A stretch of 64,000 nucleotides of DNA from positions 5,347-69,346 of the forward strand of contig CAXHJY010001324.1 of the NCBI GenBank assembly GCA_964016885.1, read 5' to 3'. Shown here one piece after another: positions 1-13,248 of the stretch. The position numbers and the translations under genes were made by a program. This DNA is from Eledone cirrhosa. Lineage: Eukaryota. Each line of letters begins with the position of its first letter. Within the stretch, counting starts at the first letter, position 1. The notes under the pieces were generated by a model that was given only the letters and a program-made list of their open reading frames with translations, was not told the origin of the DNA and ran no database searches.

Positions 1-540
1 ATAGAAAAGGTAGTTTTGTTTTTGTTTCCAAATGAATCCTCTGGTTTTGTTTTGATTTTTTCCATGTATGTTTACAGGATAGAACTGAGGAAAATAGGAC
101 TGGCAAAAAGAAAAACAGAATGTTAATTGTTCTTTAAAATATTCTTTGATAAAAAAAAAAATGGACATTTCTTTAATGTTTAAAAATCGATTTTTGTATT
201 GTTGTCAAATGTTTTTCTTCGATAATAAAGATAATAATAATAACAATAATAATGATAATAAATATCTAGTTTTACAATCACAATAATTGTGAAAGTTGTA
301 TGAGTATTTTAGTGATGTCTGTTGTGTTTTTGGGAAAAAAACAATTCATTAAAAGACAAAAATTGAAATTTGTTAAAGAAGAGATATCTAACATTTCATG
401 AAAACAACACACACATATTGTTACGAAATTCTCAGAAATTATTTCTCTTAGTTTGCTTTTTATCTTCAAAACAAACATTTTACTTGTACTACCTAAAGTT
501 CTCTGTAAATTTCTACATATACATATTCATTCGCACACAC

Positions 541-578
<38 letters not shown>

Positions 579-582
579 ATGA

Positions 583-765
583 ATTCATTTATTATGGCTA
601 AATAGTGAGTCTTCTTAATCAAGAGTTTCACGTACTTGCTCGCAGGGTCATCAGGCAAGCAGGAGAAATTCCAGAATAACAAGACTCACAAATTACCCGT
701 AATAAATGAATATTTAAACTCTATTTTGGTATTGAGTACTCTCTTCTCTTTCCCATCAAGTACAT
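583..765. mobile_element. Microsatellite-embedded inverted-repeat element (Penelope pLTR-like) with a partial hammerhead core on the minus strand
   Basis: Imperfect inverted repeat 583-620/674-710. The minus strand at 654-625 reads CTGATGA-ccctgcgagcaagtacgt-GAAAC but no closing stem I follows. GAGTACTCT at 734-742. Flanked by (TG)n and (CA)n. Confidence 0.5.
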
Positions 766-2084
766 ACGGACACACACACACAAATATATATATATAAATA
801 TATATATATACACATGTGTGTGTATGTGTATTTTTTTAATTATTGCTTTAGCTTTCATTTGGTGTCAGTGTATAATGGTAATACTATATCTTAGAATAAG
901 GATTGTTCTAACAAAGTGCCTCTCAGCATCTTTGACTTAAGCCATTCTGTGACTTACGTCATTCTATCAAGTGATTCCTAGACATTGACATTTGAAACTT
1001 GATCTCATTTCAACTGAAAATGTCTTCTTAGATGACATTAACTACTTTCAAATGGTTCATTTACATTCATCTCGGATCTTCTCGTGTCTCTCATTGATAC
1101 GTCAAATTACAATGACGGACATTAATGATATATATTCATGAAAGATAAATTTGAATGAGATCTCCCACCAAGTACAGAGTTCTTCCAAAGCAACTTAGAA
1201 GTATAGTATATAACAGAATCTATAAGCTCTTGGATGTAATGTCTTGCAGGGTTAACTCTGACTTTGAGTGAGTGATGAATTATTGTTTCCCTTCTGTTTT
1301 TCCATGCTTGCTCGGGTTAGATTCTGCTCAGAGAACAACAATATTTCATTAGCATTGATCGATTAAGACCACAATACTACCACCTGGTTGGTAATCCAGC
1401 CCAACAGAGAGCTAACTTATAGCTGCTGCTGGTACTTATTTTTATCTGAGTGAACAGGAGCAACATGAAGTAGAGTAACTAATTCGATAGAATACATGCC
1501 AGGATGATTTAAATACGTAGTTCTTTGCTTAATTTTGAAATCAATATTCTATTCAATAAATCAACCATGTTTCACTCACTGTTAGGCTAAGTTCATTCCC
1601 TTTCACATCTAATATTCGGTTTCAGGTTCTTGATTTCACATTTCTATACTAATTTCAGTCCTTCTTGGTTACTTCCAGACGTTGGTTCATATACTTGGTT
1701 GTAGAGTATTAGCCTGTGTGACACAGAGTTGTCTTCCCTGATGTTAAGTGTTGCACTTTTAACCTGGTTCTCAATACAACTGATCAAACAGGAATGAACC
1801 TTAAAGATATTGTGATATATTGTAGGAGTCATTTGAAGTGTTTGGTGGTACAGATTGGCATCGTTTAAGTCAATACCCATTAAATGACTAATATGGAAAG
1901 ATAAGTACAGTTAAGCTCAGCAGAAAGTGAATTTGATACATGAAAAGCCAGAATGAATCTCACAAGGAATAAATGTTCAATGTTCTATCATATTTTTAGT
2001 AGTCAGTTGGACAAAAACCTTATACTGTGGCATTTCGTCCTTGTGACAAATGTCCAAGTATTCTGAATGTATAATATATATTAA

Positions 2085-2221
2085 GGTGGTGAATTGGAAG
2101 TCATTAGAACGTCAGATAGAAAGCTTCATGGTATTCATTCTGGCTCTTTGTTCACTGAGTTAAATCCCGCCAAGGTCAACTTTGCCTTTCATCCTTTTGA
2201 GGTTGATAAAAAAAGTACCAG
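2085..2221 (+). mobile_element. tRNA-derived SINE family A (Meta/MESC-like core), diverged copy
   Basis: Degenerate A/B boxes followed by the core GCCTTTCATCCTTTTGAGGTTGATAAAA..GTACCAG, shared with the young copies in this window. Confidence 0.75.
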
Positions 2222-3267
2222 TCTAGTACAGGGATTGATTCTTCCTCTCTCTGGAAGAAATCTCTGCACTCAGGCCTGGAGCAGGGTGGGCTCTGCCAGT
2301 CTTAAAGTGTCCAAGAAATGCTTTGTCTCTACAGCACCCCTACAACTCCATCAGGAGTTACAGGACTATACCATACCACATCATAATATATACTATTAGC
2401 AATTACTACATTATTTTAGGCCACTAATATTTTATGTTTACATAAATTTCATGTGTACACATTAATTTTGTTTGTGTGCTGGCTGCATAATGTGTTTTCT
2501 CATACACATGTTCACAGCTTGGAGGGAACTGTCATCCACTACATTTAAATCAATATTTAACACATTAATGCATTCTAAATCTTATTTCATTAACTCTCAT
2601 AAAAAGATTTTATCTAATGTTCATGATTTTGCTGCTTTGCAACTTGCATGAAATTAATTTAAGTTCTTTACTTAGGATTTCCTCCTACTTCCCACATATT
2701 CAAAGGTCCATTCCAACTCTAAAATCTGAGCTACAAACGTAAATAAAATGTTTGATCTACTGTGTATTTTTTTAAGGCATTGAATGTAGAGCATGACTTC
2801 TAAGCTGGTATTAATTTTCATCTCTGATCTATTTATCTAGCTACCTCTCTACTGAATAGTAATTTTATGAAACAGAATTAATTCTATTTTACACAGATAA
2901 TCATTCATCAAAAGTCTCATTAATATTAGAGAAAATATCAATGGTGGCTCATTAAGAAAATTTCTCTGCAATCATCATCAGCTATAGAAACACAACTACT
3001 AAATATATGCTAAGAGAAGGTTAAGCAAACATGATAGAATTAAAACTGGGGTTGAGAGAGGATTTAAATATGGGGTAAGCAAAAACAAAATAGATACCCG
3101 AATTTTAGAATGAGAGTAAGATAATTGCTTGTACCTTTATTCATCATTATCATAGGGCTAAATTCATTGCACAAAAAATGTAGTCGGATAAACAGTATTT
3201 TACTGGAGGTGTTAAAAAATGTTAAAATCTCTCCCAAGCAGGGGACCCATCACGTTCGTGTTTATCC

Positions 3268-3503
3268 CACCTTCAGAAGCATTAAGCGATTGAGAGTACG
3301 ACACTTTACACTGAACATGATGGCTTTCCATCGCAAGGTTAACTTCCTAGTTAATGCTGCTGCTCATTCTCTGCTGAGTGAATTGGAGCAACATGAAATG
3401 AAGCGTTTTGATCAAGAACACAACACACCACCCATTTCAGGAATCTAACTTATGATAGTATGGTTGTATGCCTAAAAACCTAACCACTAGGCTACATGCC
3501 TTC
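3268..3503 (-). mobile_element. tRNA-derived SINE family B, diverged copy
   Basis: Contains GGAGCAACATGAAATGAAG..CAAGAACACAAC..CAGGAATC..TAACCACTAGGC, homologous to 4543-4760. Confidence 0.6.
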
Positions 3504-3529
3504 AATTGAGGTAGCAGCTGCTCATGTAT

Positions 3530-3750
3530 TAGAGTAGTGGATTATCAGAATCGTTAGGACTTAGGACAGACATCTGATGTTATTTAGTTTCAGCGTTTCC
3601 TATTCGTAGTTCAATTGCCCCTGAGTTCAAATTTACCTTTTACCCTTCAGGGTTTAATAAATTAAAGAACAAGTTATTACTAGTGTTGGCTAAATCAACT
3701 TCTTCCCCCACACACAATTTGTTGGCCTTGTTCTTAGATTTAGACACAAG
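3530..3750 (+). mobile_element. SINE family A, old copy
   Basis: Diverged head and core, ending in the TTGTTGGCCTTG..TTAGA tail. Confidence 0.55.
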
Positions 3751-3774
3751 GTCAGTATTATTAAACTGGTGGAT

Positions 3775-3847
3775 TCACAGAAAGATCATCAAACTGTACT
3801 AGCAGTTAGCTCACAGAAAGATCATCAAACTGTACTAGCAGTTAGCT
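3775..3847. repeat. Tandem duplication, 2 x 36 bp
   Basis: TCACAGAAAGATCATCAAACTGTACTAGCAGTTAGC occurs twice in tandem. Confidence 0.9.
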
Positions 3848-4139
3848 ATGTCTCCTAATATTCTGAGTTCAAATCATGCTTAAGGTCAATAAAATACCGA
3901 AAGTAGAATCTTAACCCTACAAGTTTTTGTTTTTTGTTTTACTAACATAGAACCTTGGTTGTTTATTAGCATTCAGGATTTTACATTTTTCATTTTATAT
4001 TTATTGTTTACATTTCACAGTGAGGCTTTCAGTTTAAAACTTACATTAAAATATTCAATATGCATGTTCACATGCATGTATGTATATCTATGTATGCACA
4101 TACAAGCATGCATAAATATATATATATATATATATATGC

Positions 4140-4440
4140 CTTGCAATCGAAAGGTTGTGAGTTCAATTCTCAGACCAGGTGATGTGTTGTTTCCTTGAGC
4201 AAGACATGTTATTTCACATTGCTCCAGTTTACTCAGCTGTAGAAATGAAATGATAGGGACTGGGGTCCCTATCATTCCACTGCAAAGTGGTCGTGTAGGC
4301 GCCACAGAAAAAAAAAGCAGCCAGCACTCACTGTAAATGAGGTTGGTGTTAGGAAGGGCATCCAGCTGTAGAAATCAAGCCAGAATCGGTTCCCGTCCCA
4401 CCTTGCAAGCAGGGAAAAGTGGACGTAAAATGAAATGATG

Positions 4441-4479
<39 letters not shown>

Positions 4480-4522
4480 TACCCATGCTAGCATGGAAGA
4501 TAGACGTTAAACGTTGATGATG
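4140..4522 (+). mobile_element. SINE fragments: family B body followed by an RTE-tailed SINE
   Basis: B-box-like GTGAGTTCAATTC and CCTTGAGCAAGAC, then AGGAAGGGCATCCAGCTGTAGAAA..GACGTAAAATGA(TGA)n, an RTE-type tail. Confidence 0.6.
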
Positions 4523-4542
4523 GTATATATATATATATATAT

Positions 4543-4760
4543 AGGAGTCGATCGACTTTCGTCAAATCGGACCGAGGGAACAATGTTTCCGTCGGTCTTT
4601 CCAATTGCTAATACTATCTATCGGTCGCAACTCCAGGTAGAAGGAGCAACGTGAAATAAAGTGTCTTGCCCAAGGACATAACGCATCACCTGGTCCAGGA
4701 ATCGAACTCACAACCTTATGATTGCGAATCCAATTCTCTAACCACTCAGCCACACGCCTT
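4543..4760 (-). mobile_element. tRNA-derived SINE family B, young full copy
   Basis: Minus-strand head GGCGTGTGGCTGAGTGGTTAG..GAGTTCGATTCC (A and B boxes). Highly similar to 52793-53011. Flanked by (TA)n. Confidence 0.85.
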
Positions 4761-6775
4761 CACCATATATATATATATATATATGATGTATATGAACACT
4801 AGCAGCAGAATGTCGTTAGTTAATCTAAATAAGATAATCACTGAGATTGCAGGAGAGTGTGTCTGTTCTTGACTACATGTACTCTTAAAACCATTAGCAA
4901 AAGCATAGTACAGGCTAATACTAAGTCTTATTCTATTGCCAGTTACAACTACATTCACAATGTGAAGTGGAATTGACTTCTATATTTAACGGGCCAAGCA
5001 GCACTGCGTTATAGTTATTAAATATGATGTTTGATATAAAAATTATATATACTTGCATGTTAAGTAAGAAGTATTAATAAACTTAGGCATGACCAGGTAT
5101 TGCCGCTGATCTGCAATAAATCTTCAATAGCAAATGGCAACATACTAATTTCCCTACAGGAGATAAAGCCAAGAAGAACTTGAAACGTTAATGAATTTTA
5201 GGTTGCTAAATGGAATATTGAGAATTCTTAAAGAAATTTGTAAAATCTTTAATTAAAACAACTGCGCAATCTTATTTTGTTTGATATGTCATGGATACAG
5301 ACAGGAAATTAAAATCAGGCAGTTATTGTTGTTGTTAATCCATGTCAGCCCTTCTTGAGCAGACCTATGATCAAAGGCGTTCCAGTCATAACTGTATTTG
5401 TTCTTCTTCAGACATAGTGTATTTATCCAATGTGTGTTCCTTTTTGTTTTATATGTTAGGGTGTGATTTCATGAAGTTTGCTTTGGTATTTCCAGGTTGT
5501 TGCATTGCCTCGTAAATTATGTTGTGAATGAATATGGTTAATAGAATGTTGAACATTAATGGTTGGAATTAAATTAAGCATTTCGAGTTGACATTTCATT
5601 CAGCAGAGGAAATTGGCGAAAATGAAGAATCGTAATTCTAAAGGGGACTATTCACGATTTGAATAAAATACTCTGTTGGCTTTGCATTATTGCATTATAA
5701 ATGCCCTTATTTCTTTGTCTTAAGTCATTGAACTATAAATAATCTATTTAGAAGAATTGGGAAATTTATGATGATTGGTACCCTTTATGTAATTCTTGGG
5801 CAAAGTCAGCATGACATAGTATGTGACATGACTGAACATCTTGAATTAAAGGCACAATCCATCTAACAGGTAGCCACATAGTTTCTCTCTACCAGGTTTC
5901 ACTTTCAAGGTTTGGGTGGACCCAAATATATGGTAATATACAAGTGCCTATACTGATTCAAAGTGAACTGCTTAATCACTTGCATCCAGCATGGGATTTA
6001 CAGATAATTATAGATGCAGTAGTTGTAATATCACAGATAAACATCTTATTGTTATACTGTCCTTATATATTCAGTGTGTGTTAAGTCTTCTAAATTCTTG
6101 ATATCATCCATCAAACAATTATTTTCTTTCCTTTCTCTCTCCCTCGCTCCCATTTTGCTTTCTATTAAGTTTCAGTGATCCATTTTTCTCGAAACAAGAG
6201 ACTCTGCCATGTTGCCCCCATGGAGTGTTTTGTACTCTTAGTATCACTGACAACCATAATATGTATTATTATTTTATACCCACTCTCTATGTTGGCATTG
6301 GTTGGACAAGACATAGTTTGAGACCGGATGTTCTGGCCTGCTTTCCATGTTGGCATAGGTGGGAGGAGAACCACAGTTTGAGACTTGATAGTTTGAATAA
6401 CCTGCCTTGTTCATATGATTCATATTTTGGTACTGTTTCTACAGCTGGATACCCTTCTTAATGCTAACCACTTTGCAGGTTGTATTAGGAATATTTTGAC
6501 TTGGCACCAACTTTAGTTAGTAATATAGTGAAAAGATAATCATTGTGTTGTCATCTATAATTTTTCTATATAGTTTTGTTTGTGTTGTGTAATATGATAT
6601 GATATGATGAAATGGGATTTGGCTTTTTGAAAAGAATTCTGTGGTTAATATTTAGAAAAACCAGCCTGAAGGCATGTGGAAGCCAAAGAGTCATGCAGGA
6701 AACAGAGACAGAATATCATTCCCGAGATTTGTCCAACAATGAATGGATCGTCAATAAAAACAAACAAAAACAATG

Positions 6776-6832
6776 AAAACCTCATCTCATTTAGAAACCT
6801 CATCTCATTTAGAAACCTCATCTCATTTAGAA
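6776..6832. repeat. Tandem repeat, 3 x 18 bp
   Basis: GAAACCTCATCTCATTTA x3. Confidence 0.85.
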
Positions 6833-7026
6833 TATCAAAGATTTTGACCTCGCATTTAAAATTTCACTATCAGTGGAGAAGCTGCAGCCTCTTGAAAGAT
6901 AGTTGGATTTTTGCATTAAAATTAAATTTCTGTTAACACAGTGTTATCATCTCTCTCTCTCTCTCTCTCTCATAATAATATATAAGGGAACAAAAAATCA
7001 GTGTTACATCATATATATATTTAGAT

Positions 7027-7118
7027 ACATATTACATATGTTTCAGTGCCGATCAGCTTGAGGAACGATTGATTAATGATTGATCCTGACTCTGGAATCA
7101 GAAGCTCCTCAGATATGT
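7027..7118 (-). ncRNA. Type I hammerhead ribozyme motif
   Basis: Minus strand: ACATAT-CTGAGGA-(long irregular stem II region)-GAAA-CATATG-TA-ATATGT. 6-bp stem I, palindromic stem III, GUA cleavage triplet. Confidence 0.7.
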
Positions 7119-7609
7119 GTTTACATGTAGACTTGTGCCCTAGAGTGGTTAGATAGTTATCCTGGGTCATTAATTTAGGCTGCCATACACTCTGCTAAAG
7201 GAATGTGTCATCGTCGTATTCATCCTGTTAAATTGTATTTGGTCAAATCTCAGTTGGGAGGTGATCTAGAATACAGCAGCTATACCTGCCATTTCTTGGT
7301 CAAGAAGGCATTATTAATACTCTGCTCCCTATGAGCATTGTGTGCTCATCTTGGCATGCTGCCTATGGACACAATTAATTTGCACCTCTAATACCTATAT
7401 ATATATATATAATATGTATCTGTCAGCTGTTAGAAGTTTAGTTTGTTCTCTTCTTTCTTACTTAAATATTTATGATTAACATTTCATAATATACATATGT
7501 ACAATATTCTAGAAATTTGAAATTTTCTTCAAAGAACCTTATTAGTTAATACATAATTTAATGTGATGTTCAAATATATATGAAGCTATAGTCGAAATAT
7601 ATAATCTCA

Positions 7610-7800
7610 GTGGAATGAAGACACAGTAAAGGAAGACCACAAAGAACATAGGTGGAGGTGGTGAGAGCTGACCTCAGATTGCTGAAGCTTAACAGATGAG
7701 ATGACAATGGACTATGACAAATAGAGAGTTGCTGTGCTGAAGAGGACCCGGCCCACCCTTGCAAGCAGGAAAAAGCAAATGTAAAAGGCTGCTGATGATA
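7610..7800 (+). mobile_element. RTE-type LINE 3' end remnant
   Basis: Degenerate GRP..W.EVV..DL-like coding trace, followed by CCCACCCTTGCAAGCAGGAAAA..(TGA)n tail. Confidence 0.5.
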
Positions 7801-10800
7801 ATATATATATAACTACCACCCAACAAACCAGTTGGAACAAAAAAACGGATGTTCAATTGTAAAATACATAATTGGTGATGTTATGTATAAAACTAGCAAA
7901 TCCATAAATGTATGCGAACAAAAGTATATGATGAAAGCAAAAAAAATAACTTAGGATAGAGTGAAAAGCTATTTGCCATTCATATTTTTGTGAGTAAATT
8001 GCTCGGGTCCTGGCATAATGAAGATCTTGTATGTTTTTTGGATCAAAATCTTTTCCAATAAATCTTTAATTTATAGATTATCTCTATATGTTGTTTTTCT
8101 ATATATACATATATATATATATATCTATACTCATAATAGTTTTGTATATATTTGCATGCCATATAAAGCAAGAAATATGAATAAATATCAAATATGACAA
8201 CAGCTAGTAATTCGATGCAGGAGCATGAAAGGGAACTTCCGAAATACCATGGGAACTTTCTTATAAATATGTTAATGTGGGCGCAAGTTATTTAACATTC
8301 ATAAGTTGCTATGATTAGACCATAACAAGGTTGTTTAGGAAGAACAAAAACCAAATTTCGTTTCATTTCATTTGGTTTGTTTCTCACTTTCACTCACGCA
8401 CACTCTTTTACAAATTTATTATTTAAAATAACCAAGTGAGATGTCAGAATTAAGTTAGAATATTTATTATATATTTCTGAATTTTTTCCTCTATCATTTT
8501 TTCTTAAGTGTGTTTTATTTTAACCTGAAGCTAAATGGTTCCATGAATTTTGATATTGTGCATGAACAGTTTTAGAAGCAGGGGTGTTATTTACAGATGG
8601 ATGCTCTTCTTAACGCTATCTAATCAACTGTGAATTGGAGGAGATAATAGTTGGTTTCTATTGTGGCTTATGAAAAAAACGTCATATAGGAGAATACTCT
8701 AAGTTGCCTAAAGATATAATATAATGAGCATAACACCATGGCTTAGGCCTGTGTATATATGTATACCAATGATTGGATAGTTTGTATTTTAACAATACAT
8801 ATATATCGCACACACATATATATCAAAACACACACATATACATACATGTATTTATATATGTATGAACCTTGCATTTCATGATAAGCCAAGGGCCCATATC
8901 ATTAATACACCCTATTAGCCTGGTATATGCATTGTGGGTGTGTGTGTATGTGGGTTTCTTTTCATATCAGTGCATTTTGAAAAGTTTATGACAAGAAGGG
9001 TATCCAGCCAGAAAGAACCAGCCAAACAAAGGGCCTAAAGGTTTCTTCAGCTGTGTCAAATACATGTCAACTTATATAAGGCATTCTGTAAGGGTCAGTA
9101 AAATATTTAAGTGAGATGCTGGCCCTAGCCTATGACAACCTATCCCACCCTTGCTAACAAGGAAAATATGTTAATTATTGACACACGGCTGATCATTGTA
9201 TATCTGTTTACTCAGACAACTGCCAGTTTCTTCAGTCTAAACAATCTTAAACCATAATTTTTAAGTGTGCTTTCGCTCTCCTCGATATGGATTTAGACCA
9301 CATTTGTTTTCTATATATATATTGACATGTCAGGCATTAAATCTATCTTACAAATATATTGACCCTGTGTAAAAGTAATGGTTGTCAAGTATGCCATTTT
9401 TAATTCCATTTTATTTTTATCTACTCCTCGGTTTAAATTCTTTTCTGATAAAAAAAAATTAAATTTCTTGTTGCTTTAGCTTAAATATTTTTTTTTTCTG
9501 TTCAATATTTCAATTTCTTGGGATAATTTTGCTGTTCTATTAATTATAGATGTTCTATCTTTCTTATCATCAGTGTAAATCTACATGGTCTACTGGTCGA
9601 ATGTGAGTTCAATTCCTAGACTAGATGACAGGCTCTGTCCTTGAGTAAAGAATATCAATTTCATGTACTCTATCAGAGAGGAGGTGAGCATCCATACAAA
9701 TGGTGTAGGTTCCAAATAAACAACTCCATAAAAATGCTATTATTAAGTAAGCTATGGCCAAACCTATGTAGGTGAATTCATTCAAAATCACAGCTGCAAA
9801 ACTCTATGCTTTTACGACTATGAAAATGAATATATTAAAGAATTCTATAAAGAAATTCATAGTTTCATTTACAAGACTACTCACAAATTTATGCTGATTA
9901 TCTAAAATGACTTGAATCCCAAAGTGGGGTTGGGGTGTACAAGATAATTAAGAGGAGTCCATCATCCCTTCATAAAATGACACTTGAAATAAAAGGGGAC
10001 AGCAGTGATTGAATGCTCCATTGTAATCAAGATCAGGTAACAAGACATGTACTAGGCCTACGTCCATTAGAAACTGTTGTGAAGAAAATCTTTGCGACAG
10101 ACCTTTATGGGTTATTTTGCTTCTTACAGATTTTGTTTCCAACCTTCATTCCTTTTTCAAAATGATGAATCAATATTTCATAATCTTGTTAAACTGCTGA
10201 AACTGTTTGCACTGAGCTAGATGCTCACCCAATGCCCACAACTCAACCTCTTTTGAAAACGTGATAGTTAAAAGGCATATCTAGACATTTGATTTTGATT
10301 TAGAGGTAATCTGTTGTAAGCTGTCTACATTTTATCCCTAAATAATTGAAGATAATTAACTCCATGAATTTATCTTACCAAATCATGGACTGCAGTTTCT
10401 ACTCTCTGATGAAGACAGTGCCAAGTTATCACCTCAGACTAATGTGTTCCATGAGAATTGTTGCAACACTAGGTTTGAGATCAAGCATAATACTCGAACC
10501 ATCACTAGAAAATGCTACATGATTCTACTTCAAATTAGCAAACCTATAATTTACGAGACAGTTCAATAGATGCCTATCATTAATTGCAGCTTTCTGATCT
10601 GGCATTTTAATGAGGCCTAAAAACATAAAACTAGGTAACACTTTATTTATCACATCCACATTTCAAATAAACCACCATGAAGGTCTTATTGCTCAATGTT
10701 GCTGCTTGATTCATCAATGAGAATAGTTAGTTTGCCATTTATATGCTTGATATACTGGTAAATTTTCATTTTCAAGTTAATGGCGATGTGATTAATTATC

Positions 10801-11317
10801 TCTCAGACATTAATGCAGGAATGTAGTTCAATTTCTGTCTTAATATCATTATCCATTTGAAGTTCCAGTAAGCCAAAGTGATCAGAGTACAATCTGTCAT
10901 TCCCAGTTAAATAATATGCAGAAGGAAAGATTAAACAATTTATTTGTCTTTAGATGTGAAGTATTAATGGTGTCCCATAATTTTCCAAGAGCATCTTTAC
11001 TTGCTCTTATATTCTACCACTTGAGCTACAGTGTGAGCTTTTGATAGTTTATGATCAACAATTTATTTTCCATTCTGAGAGACCTCAAGCATGTAATTTA
11101 ATCAGTTCCATAATAAGACTCTTCATACATCTAACATTCATTTGACAGACTTGAACCGCTTCACATTGCAACTGTTTGGTCATACTTTTCACCCACATTT
11201 ATCATCCTTCGCGTCTATCTAGGGATTCGGTTTCCTTCGTTTTCTTACATATATATTTGTAGACCTAACACTTGTGTGTGTGTGTAAATATTGTCATCAT
11301 TATTTTACATGTGTGTA

Positions 11318-11585
11318 AAATAAAGTACCAGTAATACACTGGCTAATTGCTGGCCTGGTGCCTAAAGTAGAAACAATTATTTTACATGTGTGTGTGTAAA
11401 ATAATGGTTTCTACTTTAGGCACGAGGCCAGCAATTTGGTGTTGGGAGAAGAAGGAAGTCGATTAAATCGACCCCAGTGCATTACTAATAAAATAAAGTA
11501 CCAGTAATGCACTGGAGTCGATTTAATCGACTTACCCTCCCCGAAATTGCTGGCCTTGTGTCTAAAGTAGAAACCATTATTTTAC
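11318..11585. mobile_element. Cluster of SINE family A 3'-end fragments in both orientations
   Basis: AAAATAAAGTACCAGTAAT..GCTGGCCTTGTGCCTAAAGTAGAAAC tails repeated in +, - and + orientation. Confidence 0.8.
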
Positions 11586-11733
11586 ACACACGTCTGTGTG
11601 TATATGTATGTAGGTATATATATATATATGTATATGTATGTATATATATATATATGTATGTATGTATATATATATGTATGTATGTATATATATATATATA
11701 TATATATGTAATAAACAACATAAGGCAATTATT

Positions 11734-11789
11734 CCATTTACCAGTGGTTTCTTAAAAGCAAAAAATTTTGCTTTCAATTCTCAGAATGA
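11734..11789 (-). ncRNA. Hammerhead ribozyme copy with core mutation (CUGAGAA)
   Basis: Inverted copy of 11802-11857 with a G8-to-A change in the core, so predicted impaired. Confidence 0.6.
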
Positions 11790-11801
11790 AAAAAATCCTG
11801 G

Positions 11802-11857
11802 TCATTCTGAGGATTGAAAGCAAAATCTTTTGCTTTTAAGAAACCACTGGTAAATGG
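11802..11857 (+). ncRNA. Type I hammerhead ribozyme motif
   Basis: TCATT-CTGAGGA-TTGAAAGCAAAA/tc/TTTTGCTTTTAA-GAAA-CCA c TGG-TA-AATGG. All three stems are present; GUA site at 11850-11852. Confidence 0.85.
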
Positions 11858-11974
11858 AATAATTGCCTTATGTTGTTTATTAGATAACTATTAAGCTCTG
11901 TTACCTACATAGAGCACTCTTTTTTCCTGGACTTTTCCGACGGAATTACTTCATTTATATATACATATATATAT

Positions 11975-12152
11975 AATTGTTTCTACTTTAGGCACAAGGC
12001 CAGCAATTATCCAGTGCATTACTGGTACTTTATTTTATCGACCCCGTAAGGATGAAAGGCAAAGTCAACCTCGGCGGGATTTGAACTCAGATCGTAAAGG
12101 GACGTAACTATGCTGGAAAGCATGGCGTCCGACCCTCTACCGATACTGCCAA
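11975..12152 (-). mobile_element. SINE family A, young copy
   Basis: Reverse complement of 36626-36813 (A box TGGCAGTATCGG, B box GAGTTCAAATCC). Confidence 0.9.
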
Positions 12153-12178
12153 GAGAGAGAGACGTACGCACACATAAT

Positions 12179-12220
<42 letters not shown>

Positions 12221-12224
<4 letters not shown>

Positions 12225-12868
12225 CTTTAAGTCGTTTGGAAGCCTCGACAATGCAAATGGGTAAATCTCCGGGTAACAAGATACGGTGGTGGAGAGAGAG
12301 AGAGATGTAAGTGGGTGAACGTTGATATGCGTGGCGTGTATAAGACGTGTAGAGGAATGAAGGATAAAAATAACAACACGAGAGAGAGTTACCTTGGGAG
12401 AGATTTAATTGTCCCTATATATTTCGGATTCACATCCATCAACTGGGTTTTTTTTCCGGGGTGGGGGAAAGGTTATCTGTCAGAAAGGTGCGAAACGCGT
12501 CCTCCGCTTTTCAAAACAACGAACAGCGGAGGACGCGTTTCGCACCTTTCCGACAGACAACTTTTCCCCCACCCCGGAAAAAAACCCCAGTTGATGGATG
12601 TGAATCCGAAATATATAGGGACAATTAAATCTCTCCCAAGGTAACTCTCTCTCGTGTTGTTATTTTTATTTTTATCCTTTATGCTCTATCCTTCATTCCT
12701 CTACACGTCTTATACACGCCAAGCATCTCAACGTACACCCACTTACATCTCTCTCTCCACCACCGGATCTTGTTACCCGGAGATTTACCCATTTGCATTG
12801 TCGAGGCTTCCAAACGACTTAAAGAAATTTACCTTATCATTCCACAATGCTTCAAGCAAACTTCAATA

Positions 12869-12873
<5 letters not shown>
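12221..12873. mobile_element. Large palindromic element (about 290-bp arms) in (TA)n, Penelope pLTR-like
   Basis: Arms 12221-12507/12526-12828, right tail to 12873, (TA)n on both sides. Contains a hammerhead-like variant CCC-CAGTTGA-T-GGAT/gtga/ATCC-GAAA-TATATA-GGG (12585-12620) and a GAAACGCGTC half-motif. Confidence 0.75.
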
Positions 12874-12938
<65 letters not shown>

Positions 12939-13203
12939 GCGTACTCACACATAATATATATATATATATATAAATATATTTCGTTTCTGAATTTGTTTAG
13001 CAAGATTCTTTATCTGAAATCGTGTGTTGAAACCGATATTGTTATACTTTGGGAGGGTCATGTTGCCAATAAGAAACACACGCACCAGTTGCTTTCACTT
13101 CAATTTATTATATATTTATAAATTTACAAATTTACAAATCTACAAACTTATAAATTTCTGGTTGGTTGGTTGGTTCCACAACCAGATAGTTGTTTATATA
13201 TAT

Positions 13204-13248
13204 AGTCATAGTCCTTTCGTCACACACTCTGTGACCTCTTCAGTGACT
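13204..13248 (-). ncRNA. Minimal type I hammerhead ribozyme motif
   Basis: Exact inverted copy of 13625-13669. Confidence 0.8.

Larger units (their letters stand above)
11710..11957. mobile_element. Palindromic hammerhead-bearing element (Penelope pLTR-like)
   Basis: About 80-bp inverted arms 11710-11789/11802-11881, then a unique tail with GAGCACTCT (11912-11920). (TA)n on both sides. Confidence 0.8.

Noticed and set aside
4690-4760. tRNA gene on the minus strand (also the heads of family A copies)
   Set aside because: The A and B boxes belong to SINE heads that continue into SINE bodies. No complete cloverleaf with terminator.
9950-11210. Possible ancient LINE RT relic on the minus strand
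   Set aside because: No clear motif is recoverable by eye.
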